From a virus (Duplodnaviria > Caudoviricetes), in the IMG/VR virus record IMGVR_UViG_3300012942_000023, positions 1-38,583 of that record: a DNA stretch of 38,583 bases. The stretch is one strand, 5' to 3'. The first letter of the stretch is position 1; each line of letters opens with the position of its first letter. Position numbers and translations under genes: made by a program. Positions 26,308 through 34,115 of this stretch are shown here, piece after piece. The notes beneath the pieces are model-generated. The model made no database searches. It was not told the DNA's origin and worked only from the letters and a program-made list of their open reading frames with translations.

Positions 26308-27201
26308 TCATCCGGTCAAAGCAAGGTCGAGAATATCCATCGCTTCCCGTTCGCGGACCCGATTGACCAACGTGTAGATCTGAGTGGTCTGCAACGAGCT
26401 GTGCCGCATCAGTCGCTGCACGACGCGCATGTTGACCCCGGAGTCGACGAGCTTGGTGCCGTACCAGTGCCTCAGCCAGTGCGCGGATCCCGGCACGCCA
26501 GCGCGCTCCATGGCGTCCTTGACGATGTCGGTGACCGAGCGGGACAGGATCGGTCCGCCGGTGGCGCCCGCGCTGTTCCCGACGTAGGTGGTGAACCACC
26601 AGCCGCGCCGAGGGAACTCGACCGCCAGGGACGCTACGCGCGTGCTCAGCGGCAGCACGTCGACCCGGCCGCCCTTGCCCTCGACCGTCAGCGTCATGGC
26701 CTCCAGGTCGACGTCCTCGCCGCGCATCTTCGCTATCTCGTGCACACGCAGGCCCTGGAACGCTGCGAGCAGGATCATCATGCGGGTCCGTTTGTGCATC
26801 CGCGTGTGCAGCAACCTCTTGAGCTGGTCGTCCGAGACGGGGTGCGGCAGACGTCTGGGCTCGCGGGGCGCTTTCATGTTGACGGTCGGGTCGTCGGCGC
26901 GGCGGCCGACACGGACGAGCCACCGGAACCATGCCCGCAGATGCCCGAAGTAGGTGGCCTTCGTCGACCGGCCGCTGAGGGTGGCCAGATATCGCGCCAC
27001 GTCGTCGGATGTGGCCGTGATCGGGTCGACCCCCAGCGTGTCGGCGAAGATTCGGACGCGGGATGTGCGAGCGTTCACGGTGTTGGGACTGAGAGCCTGC
27101 CCGTGCTGCCACATCTGCCATTGGACTAGGGCGGCGTGGAGTTGATCTGTGTTCACGGCTGGCACGTTATCGATCAGCCGCAGGCGATGTCTCATGATCA
27201 C
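26308..27201 (-). CDS. int: Small tyrosine integrase (Xer-sized, no obvious N-terminal arm-binding domain)
   Basis: GLRVHE, GKGG, HWLRHWYGT, LMRHSSLQTTQIYT catalytic R-K-H-R-H-Y set. Confidence 0.95.
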   Translation of the reverse strand: MIMRHRLRLIDNVPAVNTDQLHAALVQWQMWQHGQALSPNTVNARTSRVRIFADTLGVDPITATSDDVARYLATLSGRSTKATYFGHLRAWFRWLVRVGRRADDPTVNMKAPREPRRLPHPVSDDQLKRLLHTRMHKRTRMMILLAAFQGLRVHEIAKMRGEDVDLEAMTLTVEGKGGRVDVLPLSTRVASLAVEFPRRGWWFTTYVGNSAGATGGPILSRSVTDIVKDAMERAGVPGSAHWLRHWYGTKLVDSGVNMRVVQRLMRHSSLQTTQIYTLVNRVREREAMDILDLALTG

Positions 27202-27599
27202 GCAGCCTCGACGTCACGATCTGGACACGACGGGGTAAAGGACGCTGGGTGTGGCGCGAACGGGAGCACTGAAGCTTCGGCATTGTAAACCGGAGGTCGC
27301 GAGTTCGAATCTCGCCGGGGGCACTCTTCACCGTCGGGGCCACTCGGCCCAGACGCGCTGACCTCGCCTGTGCACAGCCACTCGTACCGGACGCCGCAGC
27401 GCAGCGCCCACTGCTTGAGGTAGGCCGCGCGCGGCGCAGCGCCCTTGTCGTGCATCCAGCGGCTGATGGTCTGGCGAGACACGCCGAGGTCTTTCGCAAT
27501 GGCGTCGACTGAGAGACCGGCGTAGTCGAGCGCTCGGTTGAGCCGCCATCCGAGCGTCCACTCTGGGATGCCTGCTTCGATTCCCGCATCTGTACTCAT
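27198..27599 (-). CDS. Immunity repressor (HTH-XRE) containing attP, with ssrA-like C-terminus
   Basis: WRLNRALDYAGLSVDAIAKDLGVSRQTISRW HTH; ends DRDVEAA; leaderless ATG at 27599. Confidence 0.9.
   Translation of the reverse strand: MSTDAGIEAGIPEWTLGWRLNRALDYAGLSVDAIAKDLGVSRQTISRWMHDKGAAPRAAYLKQWALRCGVRYEWLCTGEVSASGPSGPDGEECPRRDSNSRPPVYNAEASVLPFAPHPASFTPSCPDRDVEAA
27283..27324 (+). mobile_element. attP core = 3' half of a host tRNA gene (Arg-CCT or Thr-TGT type)
   Basis: TTGTAA-ACCGG-AGGTC-GCGAG-TTCGAAT-CTCGC-CGGGGGC-AC gives the anticodon 3' strand, variable loop, complete T arm and acceptor 3' strand; no 5' half is present. Confidence 0.88.
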
Positions 27600-27605
27600 G
27601 GACTC

Positions 27606-27635
27606 ATTATGTGACGCACGCGCGTCATACGTCAA
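27606..27635 (-). promoter_or_regulatory. Leftward promoter P_rep (TTGACG-N18-CATAAT), leaderless, with TGACGC-N4-GCGTCA palindrome in the spacer
   Basis: -10 lies 6 nt before repressor ATG 27599; palindrome at 27612-27627. Confidence 0.75.
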
Positions 27636-27690
27636 GTGGAACGGCGTAAGTCACACCAACGTCGCGCGACGCGCCGACCAACGTTGGCAC

Positions 27691-27719
27691 TTGCGCGTCA
27701 TGCGACATTGACCTATGGT
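27691..27719 (+). promoter_or_regulatory. Rightward early promoter (TTGCGC-N17-TATGGT), leaderless
   Basis: -10 lies 6 nt before ATG 27726; overlapped by GCGCGTCATGCGACA, which is 13/15 identical to 27620-27634. Confidence 0.7.
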
Positions 27720-27725
27720 GAGCGC

Positions 27726-27920
27726 ATGACCAACCCAGACGACCTCCTGACGAGCGCGGAGGCAGGCCGGATCATCGACCGGAGCGCTCGCACCATCCAG
27801 CGGCTCATCGAAGCCGGAACTCTGCCCTGTGTCCGGCAACTGCCCGGGCCGAACGGGCCCTATCTGATTCGGCGCTCCGACGTCGAAGCCCTGCTGACCT
27901 CCGAGCGGAGGGCGGGATGA
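27726..27920 (+). CDS. Cro/excisionase-like HTH protein
   Basis: LLTSAEAGRIIDRSARTIQRLIEAGTL..YLIRRSDVEAL; divergent from the repressor. Confidence 0.85.
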   Translation: MTNPDDLLTSAEAGRIIDRSARTIQRLIEAGTLPCVRQLPGPNGPYLIRRSDVEALLTSERRAG

Positions 27921-28864
27921 ACAACACCTCGCCAGGCAACCGGGACCGCGTCCTAGCCAAGTACAACCGCGGCGGCCCTGGGACGAAGCATCCGGACCTG
28001 ACGCCCCTCCTCTCCGCGACGAACGAGGCTCTCGCGAAGGACGACACACCCAGGTCGGGAGGCGTCGCCAGCTCCTACTCGACATCGTTCGACGACATCG
28101 CCCACGAGGACGCCGTCGGCCGGTACTGGCTGGCAAGGGAGATGCAGGTGCCGCTCGGCTACGAGAGCTGGCAGGTCTTCCAAGCCGCCATCAACCGCGC
28201 AGTGGTCGCCATCAACAACGTGGGCGATGCCGCGCCGGACCATGTCATGGGCACTCATAAGTTGGTCGAGATCGGCTCTGGCGCCCAGCGCAAGATCATC
28301 GACTACCGCCTGACCCGCTTCGGCGCGTACATGGTGGCCATGAACGGCGACCCGCGCAAGCCCGAGATCGCCGCCGCCCAGACGTACTTCGCGGTCAAGA
28401 CCCGCGAGGCCGAGGTGGGCAAGCCCCGCGAGCTGTCCCGGCTGGAGCTCATCGAGCTGGCCCGGGACTCCGAGCTCGGCAGGATCGCCGAAGAGCAGGG
28501 TCGGTTGGCCGCCGAAGCCCAGGTCAAAGCCCTGGAGCCCAAGGCCCGGACCTTCGACATCTTCGTTGGGGCGAACGGCGACTACTCCGTCGGCGAGGCC
28601 GCGAAGATTCTCTGCCGCGACCACGGCATCCAGATCGGGGAGAAGCGGCTCTTCGCCTACATGGAGCGTCTCCGCTGGGTGTTTCGCAACGGCAAGGGCA
28701 AGCCGATCCCGTTCCAGGCCCAGGTCGACAACGGCCGGCTGGTGGCGAAGGCCCGCTGGTACACCGACGATGACGGCGAGCAGCAGGCCGCGGCTCCGCA
28801 GGTCCGTGTCACCCCGAAGGGTTTGGACGCGCTGCGCGCCCGGCTGATTGAAGGCGCCGCATGA
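27917..28864 (+). CDS. Antirepressor (DinD/Bro-N-like N domain + KilA-C/ANT C domain)
   Basis: WLAREM..LGY..DYRLTRFGAYMVAMNGDPRKPEIAAAQTYFA; LEPKA..SVGEAAK..GEKRLF..VTPKG. Confidence 0.9.
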   Translation: MNNTSPGNRDRVLAKYNRGGPGTKHPDLTPLLSATNEALAKDDTPRSGGVASSYSTSFDDIAHEDAVGRYWLAREMQVPLGYESWQVFQAAINRAVVAINNVGDAAPDHVMGTHKLVEIGSGAQRKIIDYRLTRFGAYMVAMNGDPRKPEIAAAQTYFAVKTREAEVGKPRELSRLELIELARDSELGRIAEEQGRLAAEAQVKALEPKARTFDIFVGANGDYSVGEAAKILCRDHGIQIGEKRLFAYMERLRWVFRNGKGKPIPFQAQVDNGRLVAKARWYTDDDGEQQAAAPQVRVTPKGLDALRARLIEGAA

Positions 28865-29088
28865 GCACCATCTACGGCCGTATCTCCGACGACCCGACGT
28901 GCGCCTACACCCCGTCCTCGATCCCGGCCGAGCTGGTCGGGCTGACGGTCCGCGATCCGAAGGGCCGCCCGTTCACCGCGGGCTACACCGAGCTGTCCGC
29001 GGACGGCCGGATCCTGAAGCTGGTCTCGGTCTACGGCGTGACATGGCTAGTCCCCTTCGCAACCCGCTTCGAGCTGGTGACGCCATGA
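28861..29088 (+). CDS. Hypothetical protein
   Basis: ATGA coupling at both ends. Confidence 0.7.
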   Translation: MSTIYGRISDDPTCAYTPSSIPAELVGLTVRDPKGRPFTAGYTELSADGRILKLVSVYGVTWLVPFATRFELVTP

Positions 29089-29309
29089 CCTCCGACAGCG
29101 CTGAGGAGCGCCGGTTCCTGGTCGGCGACATTCACACGATCACTTCGGCCTTCGCGTCCCTGACCGAGCGGGCGCGCCGGACACTCTCCGACGCCATTCC
29201 CACCGCGGAGGAGCTGGAGGCAGTCCAGGATCTGCATGCCGAGCTCGACTTGCTGTGCCAGCGTATCCGCAAAGAGCTGGCCGCCCAATGTCGGCGGGCG
29301 AGATCATGA
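29085..29309 (+). CDS. Hypothetical helical protein (MTSDSAEERRF...)
   Basis: ATGA coupling at both ends. Confidence 0.65.
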   Translation: MTSDSAEERRFLVGDIHTITSAFASLTERARRTLSDAIPTAEELEAVQDLHAELDLLCQRIRKELAAQCRRARS

Positions 29310-29578
29310 CCGCCCCATCCAATCCGTTCCTCGTCAACAAAACGGGCGACTCGTACATCGCCCAGGTCGAGGAGCTGCGGGTCCGGCTCGCCGACGCGGA
29401 GCAGCGGATAGTCGCCGAGTCGGCATGGTCGGAATGTTTGCAAGAAATCCTAGCCAAGCAGCAGCGACGATACGAGGCTGCGGTCGCCGAGCTTCAAAGC
29501 AAAGACCTTCTGGTCCGCGCGTTGCAAGACGAAATCCGGCGGCTATCTGATGCGCTGGAAAAACCGAAACGACGATAA
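29306..29578 (+). CDS. Coiled-coil protein
   Basis: ATGA start; heptad pattern. Confidence 0.65.
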   Translation: MTAPSNPFLVNKTGDSYIAQVEELRVRLADAEQRIVAESAWSECLQEILAKQQRRYEAAVAELQSKDLLVRALQDEIRRLSDALEKPKRR

Positions 29579-29582
29579 CGCT

Positions 29583-29704
29583 TCGCCTCCGTCCGTGAAA
29601 CACCAAGGGGGACGGGCGGCGGCGACACAAAGCGGCGGTCCGGCTGGGAGCGGTGGACGCCGATTCCTCGCAGTCCACTGCGCAGGAAGCCCAGCCGGAC
29701 CGCT
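29583..29704 (+). ncRNA. Candidate structured intergenic RNA (two hairpins, possible pseudoknot)
   Basis: Perfect 14-bp stem 29635-29648/29690-29703 enclosing alternative pairings. Confidence 0.4.
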
Positions 29705-29719
29705 GAACGGGGAGACGTG

Positions 29720-29872
29720 ATGGAACAGCCCGACTGGCGGGACTTGGCCATCGCCAAGCTACGCCTCGAAAACAAAGCCCTCGGAAAACGCGTGCGGGAG
29801 CTGGAGACCTGGCTCGCACCGCACATCGACCTTGAGAAATGGAGCCAAGATGTTCACGAAGACAGTCACTGA
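29720..29872 (+). CDS. Small 50-aa coiled-coil protein (MEQPDWRDLAIAKLRLENK...)
   Basis: Hand-translated; GGGGAG RBS. Confidence 0.6.
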   Translation: MEQPDWRDLAIAKLRLENKALGKRVRELETWLAPHIDLEKWSQDVHEDSH

Positions 29873-30095
29873 CCAGATGATCTGGGCCTCGAAATACCCG
29901 TACACGGCCTGGGTTGTCGGCGTCGGCGCGGTCGTCGTCACCGCCTGCGTCGCCCTGCTCGCCGTCATGTGGTGCCTCGACGACGGGGAAAACGCCGACG
30001 GAGACCGAGCCGCGGAATCCGCCGGCCTGCCACGCGACGACAAAGCGCTGCACGAGTACCACCACCACATCGGCGACAACCACTGGAAGGCATGA
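29850..30095 (+). CDS. Small membrane protein
   Basis: TM WVVGVGAVVVTACVALLAVMW; GGAG RBS. Confidence 0.6.
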   Translation: MFTKTVTDQMIWASKYPYTAWVVGVGAVVVTACVALLAVMWCLDDGENADGDRAAESAGLPRDDKALHEYHHHIGDNHWKA

Positions 30096-30098
30096 CAA

Positions 30099-30737
30099 AT
30101 GGAACTGTTCAAAGTCACCAACGAGGACGGCGCGTCCCGCAATGGCGGCTCCGACAGATGGGAGTTGAACGTCTGGCGTCAGGTCGGGGGCGACATCGTC
30201 CCGTGCGAGAACGGGCTGCACTTGTGCCGGCGGCAGGATTTGACCCAATGGCTTGGGCCGGTGATCTGGCGTGCCGAGCATGATGGCGAGCTGATCGAGT
30301 TGAAAGATAAGGTTGTGGTTCGTCGCGCCCGTGTGGTTGAGCGGTTGGACACGTGGAATGAGACGGCTGCTCGTTTGTTCGCGGCGGATTGCGCCGAGCA
30401 TGTGCTTCCTATCTTCGGCAAGGTTCGACCTGATGACGATCGTCCGCGTCGTGCTATTGAGGCAGCTCGTGCGTTTGCGCGTGGCCAGATAGGGCGAGAT
30501 GAGATGGCTGCCGCTTGGGCTGCTGCTTGGGATGCTGCTTGGGATGCCGCTCGGGCTGCCGCTCGGGCTGCTGCTTGGGATGCCGCTCGGGCTGCCGCTC
30601 GGGCTGCTGCTTGGGATGCTGCTTGGGATGCTGCTTGGGCTGCTGCTTGGGCTGCTGCTCGGGACGCCGCTCGGGACGCCGAAATCAAATGGCAGACCGA
30701 TCGTCTATTCGATTACATCGAAGGCCGTGCGTCGTGA
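30099..30737 (+). CDS. Imm5-like phage protein with AA(W/R)(A/D) tandem repeats
   Basis: CENGLH, ARLFAADCAEHVL..DDRPRRAIEAAR, then the tetrapeptide repeat tract. Confidence 0.75.
   Translation: MELFKVTNEDGASRNGGSDRWELNVWRQVGGDIVPCENGLHLCRRQDLTQWLGPVIWRAEHDGELIELKDKVVVRRARVVERLDTWNETAARLFAADCAEHVLPIFGKVRPDDDRPRRAIEAARAFARGQIGRDEMAAAWAAAWDAAWDAARAAARAAAWDAARAAARAAAWDAAWDAAWAAAWAAARDAARDAEIKWQTDRLFDYIEGRAS
30507..30680 (+). repeat. Coding 12-bp tandem repeat (GCYGCTYGGGMY)
   Basis: About 14 units such as GCTGCTTGGGAT and GCCGCTCGGGCT. Confidence 0.9.
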
Positions 30738-30826
30738 TCGTCTACCTCGCCTGGGCGGCGATCATCCTCGGCCTCATGGTGCCCGGCACGTGGATATGCG
30801 ACCGGAAAGGATGGTTGGACCGGTGA
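30734..30826 (+). CDS. 30-aa membrane peptide
   Basis: GTGA coupling at both ends; hydrophobic stretch. Confidence 0.5.
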   Translation: MIVYLAWAAIILGLMVPGTWICDRKGWLDR

Positions 30827-31587
30827 GCATCGTCCGACGCGAATACCGCAACGGCCACTCGTACAAAGTGGACGGCGAGAAATACGACGGGGTGACGACC
30901 CTGCTCGGCAAGGGTCTGCCCAAGCCCGCGCTGATCAATTGGGCGGCGAACACAACCGCCGGATATGCCGTCGACCACTGGGACGAGCTGTCAGAGGAGC
31001 CGGTGTCGAAGCGGCTCGACATCCTCAAGAAGGCTCGCTACGCCGACTTAGACCAGGCGGCGCGTCGCGGCACCGAGGTCCACTCGCTAGCAGAGGAATT
31101 GGTGCAGGGACATGAGGTTGAGATACCGGAGGCGATCGCCGGGCACGTCGAGTCATACGTGAAATTCCTCGACGACTTCGAGCCTGAGCCGATCCTCGTG
31201 GAATCCGTTGTGGCGCACCGCAAATGGAAGTACTGCGGCACCCTCGACCTGGTCGCCCGCATCAACGGCGAGGTTTGGATTCTTGACGTGAAGACGACCC
31301 GGTCGGGAATCTTTCCGGAGGTCGCTTTGCAGGTCGCCAGCTACCGGCACGCCGAGGTCTACCTCGGGGCCGACGGCGAAGAGCATCCCATGGCCGAGCT
31401 CGGAATCACCCGCGGCGGCGCCATTCACGTCCGAGCCGACGGATACGACCTGATCCCGCTCGACACATCGGAGAAAGTGTTCACTGCGGCGACCCGCGTG
31501 TTTTGGCTCGCTCGGCTGCAAGACGAAATGGACGCATGGCGCGGGGACGAGATTCACGCGCCCGCAAAGGAGGCAATCCCAGCATGA
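30823..31587 (+). CDS. PD-(D/E)XK exonuclease (RecE/Cas4-like)
   Basis: GVTTLL..KPALINWA..RGTEVH..E..YCGTLD..LDVKT..LQVASY. Confidence 0.88.
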   Translation: MSIVRREYRNGHSYKVDGEKYDGVTTLLGKGLPKPALINWAANTTAGYAVDHWDELSEEPVSKRLDILKKARYADLDQAARRGTEVHSLAEELVQGHEVEIPEAIAGHVESYVKFLDDFEPEPILVESVVAHRKWKYCGTLDLVARINGEVWILDVKTTRSGIFPEVALQVASYRHAEVYLGADGEEHPMAELGITRGGAIHVRADGYDLIPLDTSEKVFTAATRVFWLARLQDEMDAWRGDEIHAPAKEAIPA

Positions 31588-31943
31588 CCGCCTCGCTCGT
31601 GGGTCCGCTGCGAAACTGCCCCGACGTCGTCATGTTCCGCGGCGGCCCACGCTACCCGCACTTTTACGGGCCGACCGGTCACGTGCTCTATCGGGTGCCG
31701 AAGAACACGCTGGACCCCCGCTACGTCGAGTGCGTCGACCATCACGTCGCCTGCGACTGCCGCGAAGCCGAGATGGCCGAATACAGGCACGAGGCAAGCT
31801 ACGACCGCAAGGAGACCGAGAACGCGTTCGCGTCGGTCCTATTCGGCCACCCGACCTACGGGCTCGATGACCTTTCCCAATGCCAGTGCACTGGCTGTCA
31901 GATTGCCCGAAGGGCGCATATCCCAACATGGAGGTTTCGTTGA
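31584..31943 (+). CDS. Cys/His-rich hypothetical protein
   Basis: CVDHHVACDCREA..CQCTGCQIAR; AAGGAGG RBS. Confidence 0.7.
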   Translation: MTASLVGPLRNCPDVVMFRGGPRYPHFYGPTGHVLYRVPKNTLDPRYVECVDHHVACDCREAEMAEYRHEASYDRKETENAFASVLFGHPTYGLDDLSQCQCTGCQIARRAHIPTWRFR

Positions 31944-33004
31944 CTGAGCTAGCTGTCCGCCAAGACACGGCGGTGCAACCCGTGGCCGCGCCCGGCTTCG
32001 ACCTGATGGCGTGGGCCGACTCGGCCCGCCGCGCGTCACAGGTCGCCGTCTCACTGTCCCGCACGCCGTTTGTGCCGCAGTCGCTGCGGGGCAACAGCGA
32101 CGAGATCACCGTCGGCAACATCACGGCCGCGATCCTTACCGGCGTCGAGGTCGGAATGCAGCCCATGGCCGCGCTCCGCGCCCTCGACGTCATTCAAGGC
32201 ACGCCGGCTTTCCGGGCGATCACGTTGCGCGCCCTCGTGCTCTCCCATGGGCACGACATGTGGCTGGTGGAGGCCAATAGCACGCGAGCCATCGTCGCCG
32301 GCCGCCGCGCCGGGTCGAGTGAGGTCCAGAAGTCGACGTGGACCATCGACCGCGCCAAAGCGCTCGGCTTGACGGGCAAGCAGAATTGGCGCAACCAGCC
32401 GCAGGCCATGCTGACCGCCAGGGCCACGGCTGAATGCGCGCGGCTGGTGGCCGCCGACGTCATCATGGGCGTCCCCTACGCGGTCGAGGAGCTGGAGGAC
32501 GGCGACGTCGACACAATCACCCCGGCGACCCAATCCAGTCCGCCGCAGCGACGCACAGCCCGCCGGAAGACGCAGCCCGCGCCGGCCACGGCACGGCCGA
32601 CCGTCGAGACAGTGCAGGACGAGACACCCGATCCATTCGAGGATGAACCGGTGCCAGCCATTGAATCCTCCGGTCTCGACGAGTTCGCCCCGGAGACGAC
32701 CAGCAACCCGGAGCCGGAGAAGGGTTTGACGGCGAAGCAGCGGGGCGCGATCAATGCCATGTTCGATAAGGACTTCGGACTGTCGAACAAGGACCGCGAG
32801 TATCGGCTGACTGCGGTGGCGGTGATCATCGGACGGCAGGTCGAGTCATCCAATGAGGTGACGGTCAGCGAGGCGTCGACCCTGATCGACCGGCTGAAAG
32901 AACTGGCAGAGCAGCCTGACCCGCGAGCGGCCTTGGACGACTTGATCGCAGACGCCTTGGAGTCCGAGACCGCCGAGCCCGAGCAGGCGGCGCTCGATGA
33001 CTGA
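31940..33004 (+). CDS. RecT-like single-strand annealing protein
   Basis: GGAGG RBS before TTG 31940; AAILTGVEVGMQPM..WTIDRAK..WRNQPQAMLTARA..YAVEEL; paired with the exonuclease. Confidence 0.8.
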   Translation: MTELAVRQDTAVQPVAAPGFDLMAWADSARRASQVAVSLSRTPFVPQSLRGNSDEITVGNITAAILTGVEVGMQPMAALRALDVIQGTPAFRAITLRALVLSHGHDMWLVEANSTRAIVAGRRAGSSEVQKSTWTIDRAKALGLTGKQNWRNQPQAMLTARATAECARLVAADVIMGVPYAVEELEDGDVDTITPATQSSPPQRRTARRKTQPAPATARPTVETVQDETPDPFEDEPVPAIESSGLDEFAPETTSNPEPEKGLTAKQRGAINAMFDKDFGLSNKDREYRLTAVAVIIGRQVESSNEVTVSEASTLIDRLKELAEQPDPRAALDDLIADALESETAEPEQAALDD

Positions 33005-33170
33005 CTACCCGCTGACCGGCGATCCAGAGTCCACCGCGACGGCGCTGCGGGCCATCGCCCGGGCCGAAGCATACCGGTTCTACAGCCTGCCGAGCCGGGA
33101 GTTTCAACGCATGAAGCTGCATCGGCTAGCGCAGGAAATCGGGGTCGAGATCAGCGATGAGCCGGGCTAG
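32997..33170 (+). CDS. 57-aa hypothetical protein (MTDYPLTGDPES...)
   Basis: Hand-translated; overlaps the RecT-like stop and fills the gap. Confidence 0.55.
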   Translation: MTDYPLTGDPESTATALRAIARAEAYRFYSLPSREFQRMKLHRLAQEIGVEISDEPG

Positions 33171-33351
33171 ACAGCGCCGCTGCGTCGTCTGCCTGCGGCC
33201 TCTCGACCCAGCCGTTGAGCGGCCCACGCACCCGACATGCGACCCCACGCCAGAGATCAGGAAGGAGGACGGAGAGACGTGCCAAGAGTCGCGAGACCCT
33301 GGTTTAGATTCTATGTGGAGTCGTTCCACGATCAGAAACTGCGCCGTTTGA
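33157..33351 (+). CDS. Possible small zinc-finger protein
   Basis: CVVC..HPTC, but it overlaps the next gene by ~70 nt. Confidence 0.35.
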   Translation: MSRARQRRCVVCLRPLDPAVERPTHPTCDPTPEIRKEDGETCQESRDPGLDSMWSRSTIRNCAV

Positions 33352-34115
33352 CACCCGTCCAGAGGTGGCTGTGGTGCTCGATTTTGGGCGCTGCGCGCGA
33401 ATCTTGCGAGCCAGGTTTGTTGTTGATAGCTCCCGGGATTCCGATGACCCGAAGCGAGCTGGCGGCCTACGCGGACGTCCGCGAGCGGGACGTCGCGCCG
33501 GCCTTGTCGATCATGGAGAAACTGGGGATGACCTGCGAAAACGACGGGGTCATCCGCGTGTGCAACTGGGGTTCCCGGCAGTATGAGTCCGATGATGTCA
33601 GCTCTAGAACAAGGGCCTATAGGGAACGTTCCAAAGAACGTTCCAACGACGTTCCTAGGAACGTTCCGGTCGGTACCGGTGAGAACGTTGCTGTAAACGT
33701 TCGTAGGAACGGACCAGATACAGAGACAGATACAGATACAGAAAAAGACTTAACTACGACAGCGCCGCTCGCTGACGCGAGCACCGCGGCGACGTCGAAA
33801 CGAGGCCACCGGATCCCGGGCGACTGGGCCCCATCGGAGCACCTGCTGGCGTGGGCTCGCGACAACGGCCTTGCTGAGGCTGTGATCGCCATGGAGACCG
33901 ACAACTTCCGCGACTACTGGCAGGCCAAGGCTGGCGCGGATGCCACGAAGCTGGATTGGGACAAGACCTGGCGGACGTGGATGCGCAAGCGCATGACGGG
34001 CGGTCCGGCACTCGCCTATCCGACGCGCCGCTCCCAGCAGGAGATCAACCAGGCGACGCTCGCGCTCCTCGACGGGGCCGTCGACCCGTTCGCCATCGAA
34101 GGAGGCTCGAAGTGA
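33279..34115 (+). CDS. Replication initiator (replisome organizer-like N-terminus, DnaT-like C-terminus)
   Basis: PWFRFY..DQKLRRL..NWGSRQ; FRDYWQAK..KLDWDKTWRTW; internal iterons. Confidence 0.85.
   Translation: MPRVARPWFRFYVESFHDQKLRRLTPVQRWLWCSILGAARESCEPGLLLIAPGIPMTRSELAAYADVRERDVAPALSIMEKLGMTCENDGVIRVCNWGSRQYESDDVSSRTRAYRERSKERSNDVPRNVPVGTGENVAVNVRRNGPDTETDTDTEKDLTTTAPLADASTAATSKRGHRIPGDWAPSEHLLAWARDNGLAEAVIAMETDNFRDYWQAKAGADATKLDWDKTWRTWMRKRMTGGPALAYPTRRSQQEINQATLALLDGAVDPFAIEGGSK
33623..33755. other. Putative replication origin: phased AACGTT iterons plus A-rich tract
   Basis: Cores at 33625, 33637, 33648, 33660, (33672 GGTACC), 33684 and 33696, then CAGATA repeats and AAAAAGACTTAA. 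Confidence 0.75.

Noticed and set aside
26297-27121. N-terminal 275 codons of the 582-aa ORF overlapping the integrase
   Set aside because: Low-complexity off-frame read-through; the lipoprotein has its own RBS and signal peptide at 26296.
27283-27324. Functional tRNA gene
   Set aside because: Only the 3' half is present; interpreted as the attP core.
29649-29716. HDV-like/theta ribozyme
   Set aside because: The L3-like TCCTCGC and possible P1/P3 exist, but no P2 partner or properly placed P1.1 GG could be found.
30507-30680. CRISPR array or DGR variable repeat
   Set aside because: Contiguous in-frame 12-bp coding repeats without spacers; no cas operon or reverse transcriptase in the genome.
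30499-30822. Leu/Gly/Cys-repeat N-terminal extensions of ORFs 30499.. and 30515..
   Set aside because: Alternative-frame translations of the 12-bp repeat; the true starts are at GTGA overlaps 30734 and 30823.
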